Assembly (NCBI GenBank): GCA_937625935.1
Contig: OW569369.1
Location: 62,001-126,000 of the forward strand
Length of the DNA: 64,000 bases
Source: Tetramitus jugosus
Taxonomy: Eukaryota > Protista > Heterolobosea
Direction: 5' to 3'
The notes beneath the pieces were generated by a model, which worked only from the letters and a program-made list of their open reading frames with translations, was not told the DNA's origin and did no database searches. Both the position numbers and the translations under genes were made by a program. Positions 21,087 to 33,342 of this stretch are shown here, one piece after another. How positions within the stretch are numbered: the stretch's first letter is position 1; each line of letters starts with the position of its first letter.

Positions 21087-23395
21087 ATGATACCCAATTC
21101 TCCTCTGAGAACCTCAAATAACTTGGAAGAGAGATTTAATCTCTTGAGGGTGGATGAGATAAACCTACAGTCCAGAGGTCAAGGTATTAGTATGTATGAA
21201 GTAGTGTTGTATTGTTCGTAACAATTATATTAACAATTCCAAGTGAATGGCGATGCTTTCAAAAGCACAATCGTTGAAGAGGTTGAGATGTTGAGTAGAG
21301 AGCCCAAACTAGGGTTGTTCCCGGCTGACTTTGATGAGGAGGTATGGGTGATAGTCGCCATTTTACTTCAGTTTATTTGACATGATTACCTTACCAAAAT
21401 TTGAATTTAGTCCTTTAATCAGAAGAGATTGTCTATAGCCTTCACTCAATATGTCCCTAAAAAGTTCCAACCTCAATTAGCCCCACTAAAGAGGCTAGAG
21501 TTTTACACCAAAGCAGAAACAGCCACCAAACCGGAGGATCTAGCGAGACAGGACAATATGAGCGTTCAACTCATTAACATCTCAAGTTCTTCGTTTGACA
21601 TAAGATATGTATGTAACATGGCGAACGTTCAAGAAAAATAGGGGAGATTAACGATTTTTGTTAGTTAAACAGATTTGTCAATTGCCAGATCTTGGCTCTA
21701 AAGAACTGTGGAATAGTTACACTAAAGAATATTATTCTTCCAAATCTTCGAATTTGCAATCTTTCAGACAATCAGATTACAAATCACATGGAGATAGTAC
21801 CATTCTTAGCGAATTGCAAAAATATTCAACATTTAGTTGTTAAAGGAAATCCGTTTGAGAAATTGTGGCCTGATTGGAAACATTCGGTTTTGTGTTCTTG
21901 CCTAGATTTGATAAGTCTCAACGATCTTCCTGTAACGATTGTGGAAAAACAAACAGCGATCGAAAAGAAGGGAACTGTGCAACAACAACAAAAATTTGGA
22001 TACATGAAATGGGATTGGTTGATTTCTTTTCTTTGCGATAAGATGGGGATAACAACTTGGCAACCAGAAAAATTCAAGAATTTAAACCTTCGACAAGCTA
22101 AGTTGAGAGAATTTCATGTCGGAGGCTTTCCTTTCTTGAAGAAGTTAGATGTATCAAACAACGAAATTAGATTACTGTGGAGGTGTGGTCTGGAGAGATG
22201 CTCTAACTTGCAAGAGATAGATATTTCGAATAACTTGATTAGTGATGTTGATTGTCTTAAAGTTCTACATTTCATTCCTAATTTACAAAAAGTTGAGGCC
22301 AGAGGAAATCAGTTACCAGAGGACTACGAATTGCACATTATATACTACACTAGTAGCTTGAAAGGAACAAACAGAACTCCAGGATTAGTAATGTTAAACG
22401 GAAAAGAAATAACGATAGAGGAGCGAGCGGAGGCAGCGAAAAAATTTGGAAACAAGAGGGTAGAGGAATTAAAATGGTATTATTCAATCATCAACACCTA
22501 CGGGCATTATCAGCTTCGACATATACCTAACTTTTCCAAGAGAGTTAAAATATTAGAGATTACCAATAGGAAGGATGTCACTATTGCTGATTTATCTGGT
22601 TTTGAGAGCTTGGAGTTCATCAACTTGAGTAACAATGATTTAGTCGAGCTAGTGGGATTATCCGGTCTGAAAAATTTGAAGTACGTAGATGTCCAGTTGA
22701 ACCCAAGATTGGATAAGGAGAGAGTAGTTGAATCATTATCTACTCTTACGAATCTTCGTCAAGTGGTGATTGGAAGCTACAATGAGAAACTCATGAGTCC
22801 TTCGAACACAAACCACCTGTTAACAAATCCACGCATCGAGGTGCTTCTTCAGCTCCTCCGAAAAAATAACAGATTGATCGCTTTGGATAACCAAGAAATC
22901 TCTTTGGAAGAACGATGTACAGCAAATCCGAACTCTCGAATGTCTGTACTAGAATCCTATAGATACAAATTTTACTTAGCAATAGTTTATCAGTCTGTAC
23001 CTACATACGATAGAGTGTTCACAGACAAAATGATAAAACCGGGTTCAGGGCTATACAGTCCCTCAAATATTACAGTTCTCACTTTCTCTGGTTTAAAACT
23101 GAAAGACTCGAGCATTGATTTTGAGTTATTTGTCAATTTAATTAAATTGGATCTCTCTGACAACAACCTCAAATCTATCCTTGGAATTAAGCTTGAACGA
23201 TGTCTCAAACTTGAAATACTGGATGTTTCTGGTAACAAGATAAATGATACTCAGAAAGAAGTAGCAGACTTGATTAATATCTTTCCAAACTTACAGATGG
23301 CTATCTTAAAGGGTAATCCTTTCTTAGGCAGTTCCAAGGAACTTCAAATTCTTAAGTATTTGAAGAAGGAAATAAAGCACAAAGTTGTTCTTTAA
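21087..23395 (+). CDS. Leucine-rich repeat protein; several short 5' introns, start approximate
   Basis: Repeated LxxLxLxxNxI motifs (LPNLRICNLSDNQI, LKKLDVSNNEI, LEFINLSNNDL, LIKLDLSDNNL). GT-AG candidates link the short upstream exons. Confidence 0.75.
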
Positions 23396-23408
23396 AAGCA
23401 ACACGTTT

Positions 23409-25163
23409 TCACCTGTTGGATAAAGAAGACAGATCTCGGACAAGTGTACAAAACTTTTGAGTATATCTGGTCCTTTTCCTCGAAACTGGAGTTGTAGCCT
23501 GAGGTGTTAAATTCGAGAGGTAGGGTGAAAAATCAAGCGAACCATGAGAGTCAGATCTTGATATCACTTCTTCCAAGTTACCAGAGAGAAATTGATGCAA
23601 TTCGCCAGTAATCACTTGTAGAGATAGTAGGAGTTGTCGAGTTGTTATTCTTTCCTGAGGATCAATTCTCAGGGTCGACAACAACAGTTGAATGATCTCA
23701 TCAGAGTATTTCCTTTTCTCAAGTTCAGTTTCTATATACATCTCAAAGTCTGGATGATTCAAGGAAAGAACTGAAAGGTTTTCGTTCGTTCGGAACGTCA
23801 TTAGTTCGTACATAATTACACCTAAGGACCAAATGTCTGCTCTCTTACTCTGATTGTTGTCGTACATGATCTCTGGAGCCATGTACCTGAGCGTCCCGGA
23901 AGTTTCTTTTTCAGTGTAGTCCTTATCGACCTCGCGAACCAACCCAAAATCGCCAATCTTAAGAGTTTTTCCTCGATCAGTGAGGAAAATATTATGAGGT
24001 TTCAAATCACAATGGATCAATCCTGATTTATGAAGGTAAGATGTAGCACTTGTCAGTTGTATCATGTAATCTAGAACTATTTCTTCAGACAGAATAGTGT
24101 TCTGGTTCACTTTAAAAAAATTCGCGAGATCACCTTCGGCGAACAATTCCATCACATAGCAAACGGATAAGGCTGTTTCACACGAGTGAGGAGAACTAAA
24201 TAGAGAGTAATTTGTTGCAACATCCGAATCAAAAAATAAGTCTTCGATACCCACCAAGTTAGGATGTACAAGTTTCCTCACAGGCCAGAATGAAGAGATT
24301 GCACAATTGATTTCGTTCATACTTCTGCAAGGAACTTTTTTCAATGCTACAAATCGTCTCTCTTTGTTAATAGTAGAGATGTCCTCTGCCATATAAATCG
24401 TTCCTTCTCCTCCTTTCCCAATCTCACGAAGGATACGATAACGATTTGACTTCTCTACTGGATTTATCGGAATAGAATGAACACTTAATTCGGACTGAGC
24501 TTCTTGGGCTAAGTCTGTGCTAGGAAGTGTTTGAAAAAAGGAATCTTGCTTCAAGATTAAAATATTCTCTTTCTTCACACCACAATTGAAGGATAGTATC
24601 AGAACATCGACTTCACCGGTTGGCGTTCTATCTAAAGGTACATTTAAAAATGAATGAAGTTGATCTCTGTACAACACAAATTGTTGTATTGACCTCCCGA
24701 GAAAAATTGAAGATTTCTTTCTGAGAGAGCCAAACCTTTTCTTTCTGCTGTGCCAAATATCTATTTTCAGTTCATACTCCCAATTGTCCTCCAATAGAGG
24801 ATAATCATTTCCTAAACTGGTGGGGTAATCTAAAGCAACCAAACCTCCTGATCCTTTAGTTGTTTCGTTCATTTCCAAGAACACATACAGGATAATGTTC
24901 CCCGACACATCCTTATCCACACCATACACGACCTCACTTCTTCCCAATAAAGGAGGATGGGTTGGATTTGATTCCATTACCCTTATTTCACAAGTGAAGA
25001 ACAAGTTGAATTTGGTTCTTTCGGAGAACAAATTCTTGATGTTTTTCAAGCAGATTTGAATTCCTCTAATGTCACTGAATCTGTCTTTTCCTGAGTTGGC
25101 AACCAATCGGTCATTACTACTAATCTTACTAATCACACAGTTTGATACATCAGAGGATATCAT
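23409..25163 (-). CDS. Ser/Thr protein kinase (NEK-like) with a ~230-aa N-terminal extension
   Basis: IGKGGEGTIY, VALKK, HCDLKPHN, DFG, GTLRYMAPE and DIWSLG. Confidence 0.9.
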   Translation of the reverse strand: MISSDVSNCVISKISSNDRLVANSGKDRFSDIRGIQICLKNIKNLFSERTKFNLFFTCEIRVMESNPTHPPLLGRSEVVYGVDKDVSGNIILYVFLEMNETTKGSGGLVALDYPTSLGNDYPLLEDNWEYELKIDIWHSRKKRFGSLRKKSSIFLGRSIQQFVLYRDQLHSFLNVPLDRTPTGEVDVLILSFNCGVKKENILILKQDSFFQTLPSTDLAQEAQSELSVHSIPINPVEKSNRYRILREIGKGGEGTIYMAEDISTINKERRFVALKKVPCRSMNEINCAISSFWPVRKLVHPNLVGIEDLFFDSDVATNYSLFSSPHSCETALSVCYVMELFAEGDLANFFKVNQNTILSEEIVLDYMIQLTSATSYLHKSGLIHCDLKPHNIFLTDRGKTLKIGDFGLVREVDKDYTEKETSGTLRYMAPEIMYDNNQSKRADIWSLGVIMYELMTFRTNENLSVLSLNHPDFEMYIETELEKRKYSDEIIQLLLSTLRIDPQERITTRQLLLSLQVITGELHQFLSGNLEEVISRSDSHGSLDFSPYLSNLTPQATTPVSRKRTRYTQKFCTLVRDLSSLSNR

Positions 25164-25303
25164 ATCTGTACGCCATCGGTAATTTTCTTCTTTCGTTCTG
25201 TCCCGACTGTAGTTATTCGAAAAAAAATCTGCGGTAACCCAAGGTTGGCGCTAAATGTCTGCAAACAATCTCTGAAAAGGCAACATTACCAAAGGCTGAG
25301 AGA

Positions 25304-28300
25304 ATGAGTTTAACTTCAGTGCCTGACTTTTCTCTTACTAGGTCCAGAGGTTCGTCGGCTACATCCACCAAATCAACTACTGAAGATCCTGTAAAAAGAA
25401 AGAAGGAGAATTCGAATAAAATTGGTTCTTCCTCCAAGAATTCACTATCTAGTTTACCTAAAGGTAAGTTTCAGAGAGATAAAAATGAAGTGATTCAATC
25501 TTATCTGACACCTTTACTTTAGATGATGACTTGAAAGGTTGGGGTTTGGTTGAATCGAGTAATGACGACTTGAGCTATGACTCTTCGAAGAGTAAAAAGA
25601 AAAAGAATGGAAGAGAGAAACAAAAGAAGGTAAGATAAGGATCTTGTTGTTTTGTTGGAAGGAGAAAGTAACGTTAAACCTCATAGAAAAAGAAAAAGAA
25701 GAACAATGTGACTGATCATGTCGATGAAGACACAGGAACCATGGACTCCTATGGGCATAGCCAGGTCGATGATGATTTGATAACTGATGATATCAACGAT
25801 TTAACATTCGAAGAGGACATATCAGACTTTGATGATCAAGAAGTTCCTTCCTATCTCTCCTCAACACAGTACAATTTATCATCGAAACCAATCACGAATG
25901 ATAGAGCAATTATTACTGGAAGAGCTGATGCTATCAAAAGAGAGAATGAGGAACGAGAGAGAAAAAGAAAAATAGAAGAGCAGAGGAGACTAGAAGAAGT
26001 GGAAAAGAGATTAGAGGAGGAGAACAAGAAAGAGAGAGAACGAACGCAACAACTGAGAAGAGAAGAAGAAAAACTAGAAAAGGAAAGGAAAGAACAAAGA
26101 GAAAGGGAGAGGATTGAAAATCAAAAACGTGAAAATGAGAGGGAACAAGAGCTTTTGAATCAAAGATTGAGGGAGGAAGAAGAATTGACCAAGTTGAAAG
26201 CAGCAGAAGAATCTCAATTGATAGAGGAAGACGAGATAGAGTCAGTAAACGAATTTGCAGAAGAATTTGATGATGACATTGAAGAATTTCTGGAGGAAGA
26301 TGTCGCAGAGGAGTTTAAAGACAGTTTTGACTCAAGTTCAGTTACAAACGTACTCAATCAAGGGAAATCAAAAGTTATGGACAATCTTAATCAAGCGTTT
26401 CAAAAAGCTGAGTCTAAACCGATTTTAGGTTCCGACCTCGAGAGCTCGCTCGTTAATGAGAGTATTTCGAGACCTCCCGTGTTCGTGAATGTAAATTTGG
26501 AAGCATTTGAGATAGCCTTGCGAGATCTCTCTTCCTCTGTAAAACAACAAATGGCACTCTCTGAGAAGAGAGTTCTCTCAGACGTATCTAAAGAAAACTA
26601 TGACCAACTAAGAATGCTCTATGATGAATCGATAGCTGAGAGGAAGAAGCTTTTACAACAAATTGAAGAGTTGAAAGGAACTATAAGAGAAACGGAAGAG
26701 GAACGGAAAATAATGCATTCCAAAGAGCGAGACCTTGACGATTTGATGCAACTTGAAGTGTTAAAGATAAAAAATGAGAAGGAGCTAGAGATCAATCGAA
26801 TTCGACTCCAATTGGAACAAGATATTATGACATCTATTAATGAAACGAAACTGTCTTATCAAATTCAATTGCAGAAAACTCAATTGGATATGGAAAGGAT
26901 GAGAGACGAGCTAGAAGCAAAAGATTCCAAACATAGTAAGGAGTGTGAAATGTTAAGAATGAAGCATGAGAAGGAGCTTGAGAATGTGATAGAAAAGGCA
27001 AACAATGAAGTAATAATTATCCAAAAGCAAAAGGATCAAGAAAAACTTCATTTACAACAACTATTCGAGTTGGAGAAGAATTCCCTAGAGCGAAGACAAC
27101 GAGACGTCATTGAAGAACATAGGAAAAATATAGAGCAAGAGTATCACATGAATATGAAGTACAACAAAGTCGAAGAGGAATTAGTAAGTCTCATTAAGAG
27201 GATAGAAGTAAATTCTCAGAACATAGAAAACTTCAGTCAAAAGGTAAATGCCGATCAAATCGCTCTGTTAAAAAACAGAGAGCTGCAACTGGATGAGAAA
27301 GAAGAAACATTGAAAACCCTCCAGCTTCATGTTGATAACCAAACTTCAGAGCTAGAAAAAGAAAGGGGAAGACTCAATGCGTTGTTCGTGAATTTCGAAA
27401 ATAGGATGCTTTCACTTCAGAAAAGCTACGAAGATGAAAGAATGAGATGTCAACAAGAACAAAACAAATTGGAAAACATTCGAGTCTCACTCATGGCGGA
27501 GCATAACGCAAAGATTGAAGAAATATATGCAGTCAGAGAAAAACTGGACCGAGAACGAGCGGAGTACTTGGTAGAGAAACAAAACTTCTTGAAGAAGACT
27601 CATGATGATAGAGCTCAGATATCATTGAAACAACAAGAGCTCGCAGCTAAAGAAGAAGCTAATATTCAAGAAAGAGCAAAATTATTAAGAGAACTTACCC
27701 AAGCTAAATCAGATATTGAAGTTATGAAAACACGAGTGGAAGAGGGTCATGCCCTGATGGAAGAGAGAAAATCCTTAATGGAGAACGAAAGAAAAGCCAT
27801 TCAAGAAGCAAAAACTTTGCTCCAAAAAGAACGAGATATCTTCAAGCAGTCAACAGATGACTTAACACAGACAGCCATTCGAGTACAAAGAGATAGTGAA
27901 GCCATTTCCTTCCTACGACAAAAAATTGACAAGGAAAAACAGGAAGCACAAAAGTTACGAGACGAAGCAGAGGTAATCCGACAGGAATCATTGGCTGAGA
28001 AGAAACGGTTTAGTATCATGGAGAGGAATATTGAATCACAGAAGCGGTTACTAGAACAGGAACGGCTGGATGTAATCAAAGTGAGAAAAGAGTTACAAAA
28101 TGAAAAATCAGAGATCTCGTCGAAGGTTGATCGAATTAGATCTCTGGAAAGTCAAATTACAGCCCAAATGAGGCTTGCAGAATACACGAATCATGTCCCT
28201 GCTATCACAATGACAGCAACTCGGACGAGCAATTACTCGCAACCTACCATCGACCAACTCTCCGATGTTGATGAAATCGATATACAGGACCGAATTGAAG

Positions 28301-28758
28301 CAATAAGTAGCGAGAATACAAACTCAATGTATGCATCAGAAATTCTGGTGCCAACATCAGGTGGAACCAGTGATGTTTACCATGTCGAATGGGAAAAGGA
28401 GCGAAATCGAACGAATCTAAACATTAAGGAGCAGTTATGGTTTCTCCAGAGCCTTGGATCGACAGGACAACAACAAAACCAACAATACTTTGCTAAACCT
28501 ACTGCGCAACCCTCTCTTCATTTCAGTACGGTAGCAGCATCTAATACATCCGGGACTCACATGAACACTTTCTCTTTCATCCCACTCCATCAAATGGACT
28601 CCACTGTTGCAAAGAGTAACTTCTCTCCTCCTCATTTTTCAATGCCTGCTAGTTCTTCAGATCTACCAACCTCCCTCTCCAATACAACCATCGAGAAACA
28701 AAGTTCCACGAACACGGCAACTGGCAACAACAATAACATCAACAACAATGTGACTTAA
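25304..28758 (+). CDS. Large coiled-coil protein resembling Fas-binding factor 1 (basal-body transition fibre protein); introns 25464-25522 and 25630-25686
   Basis: Acidic low-complexity N-terminus followed by a long coiled coil. EKERGRLNALFVNFENRM...YEDERMRCQQEQNKLE and TAIRVQRDSEAI resemble the conserved FBF1 C-terminal region as recalled from memory. Confidence 0.62.
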
Positions 28759-28990
28759 TCACAATCTCTGACTCTAACATTCAGAGCTTACTCATAACAT
28801 TTATGGAATATTTATTTCTCCCATCATGTAACAGTGTCAAGATTCAGTAGTTGATTGATACTCAATCAAAAAAAGATGACAAAAAGAATGAGATGAAAGT
28901 GTGACAAAATGACAATACTTTGCAAATTGGTATAGTAGTAGTAGTAGTAGAAGGATTGGCGATGATGACTTGATTGGTTTCATTGTTTTT

Positions 28991-29431
28991 TTACTGAGTC
29001 CTTCTAATGAGCAAATAAAGGTTGATATCAGGCTTAATTTGAGTCATGTTTCTTGGATCACCCTTCAACCTCATCAACAAACCACCGAATGACACATAGA
29101 TTGACACTTTCTCCTCCTTTGCATCAGGTGAATACTTGAACACTCTGCCGTACATGACATATTCATAACGGTCTGCTAGACTAGGTCCTCCCTTTCCATA
29201 GTCCCATGCACCTGATTCACTCTCACCTTCCAAGCTCAGACTGGTAGCAAGGGCCATAGTCAACCGATCACCAATGTCCACTGGATAAATATCACTATTG
29301 ATGTCCAACACGAGATCAAGTTCATAATTTTCACTGTCGCAGACAATGCGGCTCACCTTTTCGAATTTTTGGCCGTCGACATTCATGTTTTTGACTTCGA
29401 AAATATCTTCAAGAATAATTGATCGCTCCAT
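28991..29431 (-). CDS. RPB8: RNA polymerases I/II/III shared subunit RPB8 (RPABC3)
   Basis: LEDIFEV, KFEKVSR, LDINSDIYP, SLADRYEYVMYGRVF and YVSFGGLLMRLKG. Confidence 0.97.
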   Translation of the reverse strand: MERSIILEDIFEVKNMNVDGQKFEKVSRIVCDSENYELDLVLDINSDIYPVDIGDRLTMALATSLSLEGESESGAWDYGKGGPSLADRYEYVMYGRVFKYSPDAKEEKVSIYVSFGGLLMRLKGDPRNMTQIKPDINLYLLIRRTQ

Positions 29432-29802
29432 GATATCTATCGACTGTTGACCGTGATTAGGATTTGTGTGGTTTTAGTTCCTGTGTGGTGAGCGTGGTGT
29501 CGTCGACCTTTGTTTTTTTTTGTTCGTTTGTTGTTAACAACTACTGGTGTGAAAATCCGCATCTCATTTTTTTTGATGTGTGCACTGAGCGGATTAACTG
29601 CCATTCAATGGATTCTGTGAATGTGAAAGCCGCTCTTTTTTTTTTATGGGTGCGGCATTCCGTCTTGGGAAGAATTCATCAAATTTGACCGTTGATGATC
29701 TTTGTTCGAAGAGATACCAAGAACAATACCACAACACTCAACTCTCGGAGCAATCTTCCACAGGCCAATCTTTACCATTTTTCTTCAAGAGTTGTGGAGG
29801 CA

Positions 29803-32800
29803 ATGAACAACAACAACAACAAGAGACAATTGAGTCCTCCCACGGCACAAAGTGGTGAACTCAAGAAGAGAAGGATGGATGATTCGTCAATAACAACAAC
29901 CACAACTACGACTCAATCAACATCATTTGAAATGGTGCCCAAATTGTTGTTCAAGAGAAGGATCAGATCAAAGAGTGAAATGTCATTGATCCAATCATGC
30001 AAATCCAAACTATTCTCTCCTTTTCACATCTTTATCATTGATTCACCATGGTGGTCAGTGTCAACTACATGTCCAGCATCATCTATATCATCATCTTTAT
30101 CATCATCTATATCATCTGTCCATTTCCTTGAGAGACTCATTTCTCAGAATCAAGCTGCATCTGTCATGACTTCTCCTCAGTTCAATCGTTTCTATGAATT
30201 GATGAAAGAGTTTTATGATTGGAAAATCAAGGATGATTCATCATCATCATCAACTACAGTGCTTGCGAGTGATTCAAAATTTTTAATCGTGTGCTTGGAC
30301 AGTGTCTATCAGAGTAAGCAATTGCATCAAATGTTGTTTAATAATAATGATAATAATAATAATAATAATAAGAATGATAGTAATGACAACAATGATAGTA
30401 AGAATGAAAATGTAATGTTAAAGAAAATTGTATCGATGGGTGTTCCCATTGTTCATGAACAGTTCATTTATGATAGCATTGAAGATCGAAGGTTGAAACA
30501 TTTGAATGATTATCGACTCGTTGTTGCATTGACAATTGATCATGAGAAGAGTAAAGAAAGCGAGAGTCAAGTCAATATGAAATTGGAATTTCAAGAGGCA
30601 ACAATGAGTGACAATGATGACTCATCATCATCATCATTATCACCACCACAAAAACAACGAGAACCACAAGAGGAACATCATCAGCGACAACAAAATGGAG
30701 ATGAACAATCTGATTCTCACATTTTTACCACTTATAGTCATGAATCATTGTTGAAACAACAGTTTGGTACCATGTGGAAAAGAACAACCATTACTCGCAC
30801 GTTTCACAATCAACAACTCGTATCATCATCCACATGTACCAAACATCCGACTGAATCGCCTTCTCTCTTTCCCAATGTAACTTTTCACATTGTTCACAAC
30901 AATCTTATTCATCCTAATAATAATAATAACAATAACAATAATAATAACAACAATAATAATCACTCGCATAATAATAATAATAATAACAATGATCATAGTC
31001 ATCATAGTGAAAACAAGTATGTGGAAACAGAGGATTTGTTTGAGACAAATGCTGCCATTTGTGGTTCGAGATGCCTTCATTTTAAACAATTGATTCAAAG
31101 TGCGTATGATCAACAGCAATTAGAGCAGCAACAGCAGCAGCAACAACAACACAGGAAGAAATCATCATTGTTGAATCCTCAAGTTCTTCTCCATATTCGC
31201 ATTCCATCGACCATCATTTCAGCCGATTTGTTTGAACATGTCATGCACTTCACATGTACTTCTGAATTTTCTTCCAAATTGAACAGTGTGCTCGATGCGC
31301 TGAAACTGTATCACTATGTGAGATCGATTGGATATCAATCAGCTCAAATTGCGCTTCTCAAGTTCTTTGCACTCAATGCTGACAAACTCTTGATGAGTTG
31401 CAATACAAGTAACACTTTAAAAAAGGTGAATCATCATGATGATAAAAACAACAATAATAGTAATAGTAGTAGTAATGGTAGTAGTAGTGGCAATGTGGAT
31501 CATGTGGACAATCATGAGAGTAATGGAACAATGATGATGATGGATATGGATGTAGATGTTGATGAGGATGACAGCAATAGGTCTTCTGTGACTCAAAACA
31601 TGGTTCAATTCTATGAACAGTTGAGACGCATCTATGTCAATGATCTGGAAGACAACAAGTTGCATACGGTGCCAAACAAGAGTGCCATCATAACAAGTAT
31701 GGAAACGCTGCTGAGACTGTTGCAAGATGTGTTGTGCAGTGATATGACATGTCTATTGAGTAGTGATGCATTCTATAAGTGCTCGAAACACACTGTGTCC
31801 AAATTGTTAAAGGACGGAGACACAACAATGAGTGAGACTGCCATTTTTATTCAATTGAACCTGTGGGGTGCCCAACAATTGCTCAACGATATTCACAAGA
31901 AGAATAATGATAGCGACCGCAATGGCGATAATGATAATGATTCTGATGATTCCGATGATGAGTCTGCTTCACTCAATGTAACCATCATAACAGAAGGGTC
32001 GGAGCTAGCTAATGTCTTGAATTTGACATCCAAAACTTCATTTGTTTCCAATGATCAGAAACGATGGCTCGTATTCGAGAAGGGTGATAAATTTTGTATC
32101 GTAGATCAGAAGCAGTCACCAACCATTGCTTATCGATTCGAGACTAGTGCTCTCCGATCCAAAATCAAGTTTGCACTGGGTGATGTGCGGTTCGAAACTA
32201 TGCCTCACCATGCCAATTATGAAGTCATTTGGCCATTGAACATTTTTGATTCGGAAGCATTGGTAGGTCTTGGCCATGCACAATACAAGTGGAGTAAGGA
32301 GGAAGACTATCATATGCCATTGTGTGACAAGCCTGACAATGTGCGCAGAGAGTCGAGAACGATCGACACACAAAAATTAATGAAGGCTGAAATGGCACTC
32401 ATCGATTACTGTGCAACAAATCTTCAAAGAGATAGAGATGTCACCGAAGCACAAAAGGCCAAACAAAAGAAGATTGATGAAATATTGGCATCGGCTCTGA
32501 GTCGACCATTGCCACCTGTTCAAGAATTAAGCAACAAACCATTCGCTACTCTGACAATCAAAAAGATGTTACCAGTGAAGTCAGCTGTATCAGAAGACAC
32601 TACAAAAGCAAGAGTGGAGTCTAATGATGTCAATATGACCAAACAAGCCTCCTCCTCAAGCACTCCAGTCAACAAAACAACAATCTCTTCAGCCTCTAAC
32701 TCGGTCTCCACCGGCACTACCTCCATTACAACGAACGGTCAGAAGAAGACTACTGGAACCAATGAAGGCAGTGACATTGGTATCATGAGTCAACTACTGA

Positions 32801-33342
32801 GAATAAGTAGTAGCATCACACAACAAACTCCACCCGTACAACCTCAATGGTTACAGCCATCTGCAAAGTGGAAATCAACCTTTCCTCCAGAAGGATTTAG
32901 CCAACAAGAAAATCAATCTGTGTGGCATCAATATGAAACTGTTCTCGTATCCGATCTAGACAACATTCGTCGAGGCTTCCGGGAGTTTTCCTTCCTAGGC
33001 ACCAAATGGCGATTGAATATTCAGACAAAGCCCAAGGACAAGAGCACATTGTCCATCTATCTGTACAATGTCGATATTGAGCAGAAAAAGAAGCTATCTC
33101 ACGAGGTTCACACCAAGATTGCGTTCTATGTCTACAATCTGGAGAAGAAGACAAAGACATTGATGCAAGCATTCAATATCAAGTGGTTAGAAGAGAAAGC
33201 ATGGGGCTTCACATCATTTGCAAACATTAACCAGCTAAAGGCAAAGGAAAATCATCTGATTGACGAATCAAACAACACCATCACTTTCTGTTGCACCATC
33301 ATCTCGAACCCAGAGGAAAATTCAACACCAACAAAGAACTGA
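29803..33342 (+). CDS. Low-complexity protein with BRCT-like, BTB/BACK-like and C-terminal MATH domains
   Basis: BRCT-like GVPIVHEQFIYDSIE. BACK-like LLSSDAFYKCSKHTVSKLLKDGDTTMSETAIFIQLNLWG. MATH FSFLGTKWRLNI..LSIYLY..AWGFTSF. Confidence 0.7.
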   Translation: MNNNNNKRQLSPPTAQSGELKKRRMDDSSITTTTTTTQSTSFEMVPKLLFKRRIRSKSEMSLIQSCKSKLFSPFHIFIIDSPWWSVSTTCPASSISSSLSSSISSVHFLERLISQNQAASVMTSPQFNRFYELMKEFYDWKIKDDSSSSSTTVLASDSKFLIVCLDSVYQSKQLHQMLFNNNDNNNNNNKNDSNDNNDSKNENVMLKKIVSMGVPIVHEQFIYDSIEDRRLKHLNDYRLVVALTIDHEKSKESESQVNMKLEFQEATMSDNDDSSSSSLSPPQKQREPQEEHHQRQQNGDEQSDSHIFTTYSHESLLKQQFGTMWKRTTITRTFHNQQLVSSSTCTKHPTESPSLFPNVTFHIVHNNLIHPNNNNNNNNNNNNNNNHSHNNNNNNNDHSHHSENKYVETEDLFETNAAICGSRCLHFKQLIQSAYDQQQLEQQQQQQQQHRKKSSLLNPQVLLHIRIPSTIISADLFEHVMHFTCTSEFSSKLNSVLDALKLYHYVRSIGYQSAQIALLKFFALNADKLLMSCNTSNTLKKVNHHDDKNNNNSNSSSNGSSSGNVDHVDNHESNGTMMMMDMDVDVDEDDSNRSSVTQNMVQFYEQLRRIYVNDLEDNKLHTVPNKSAIITSMETLLRLLQDVLCSDMTCLLSSDAFYKCSKHTVSKLLKDGDTTMSETAIFIQLNLWGAQQLLNDIHKKNNDSDRNGDNDNDSDDSDDESASLNVTIITEGSELANVLNLTSKTSFVSNDQKRWLVFEKGDKFCIVDQKQSPTIAYRFETSALRSKIKFALGDVRFETMPHHANYEVIWPLNIFDSEALVGLGHAQYKWSKEEDYHMPLCDKPDNVRRESRTIDTQKLMKAEMALIDYCATNLQRDRDVTEAQKAKQKKIDEILASALSRPLPPVQELSNKPFATLTIKKMLPVKSAVSEDTTKARVESNDVNMTKQASSSSTPVNKTTISSASNSVSTGTTSITTNGQKKTTGTNEGSDIGIMSQLLRISSSITQQTPPVQPQWLQPSAKWKSTFPPEGFSQQENQSVWHQYETVLVSDLDNIRRGFREFSFLGTKWRLNIQTKPKDKSTLSIYLYNVDIEQKKKLSHEVHTKIAFYVYNLEKKTKTLMQAFNIKWLEEKAWGFTSFANINQLKAKENHLIDESNNTITFCCTIISNPEENSTPTKN

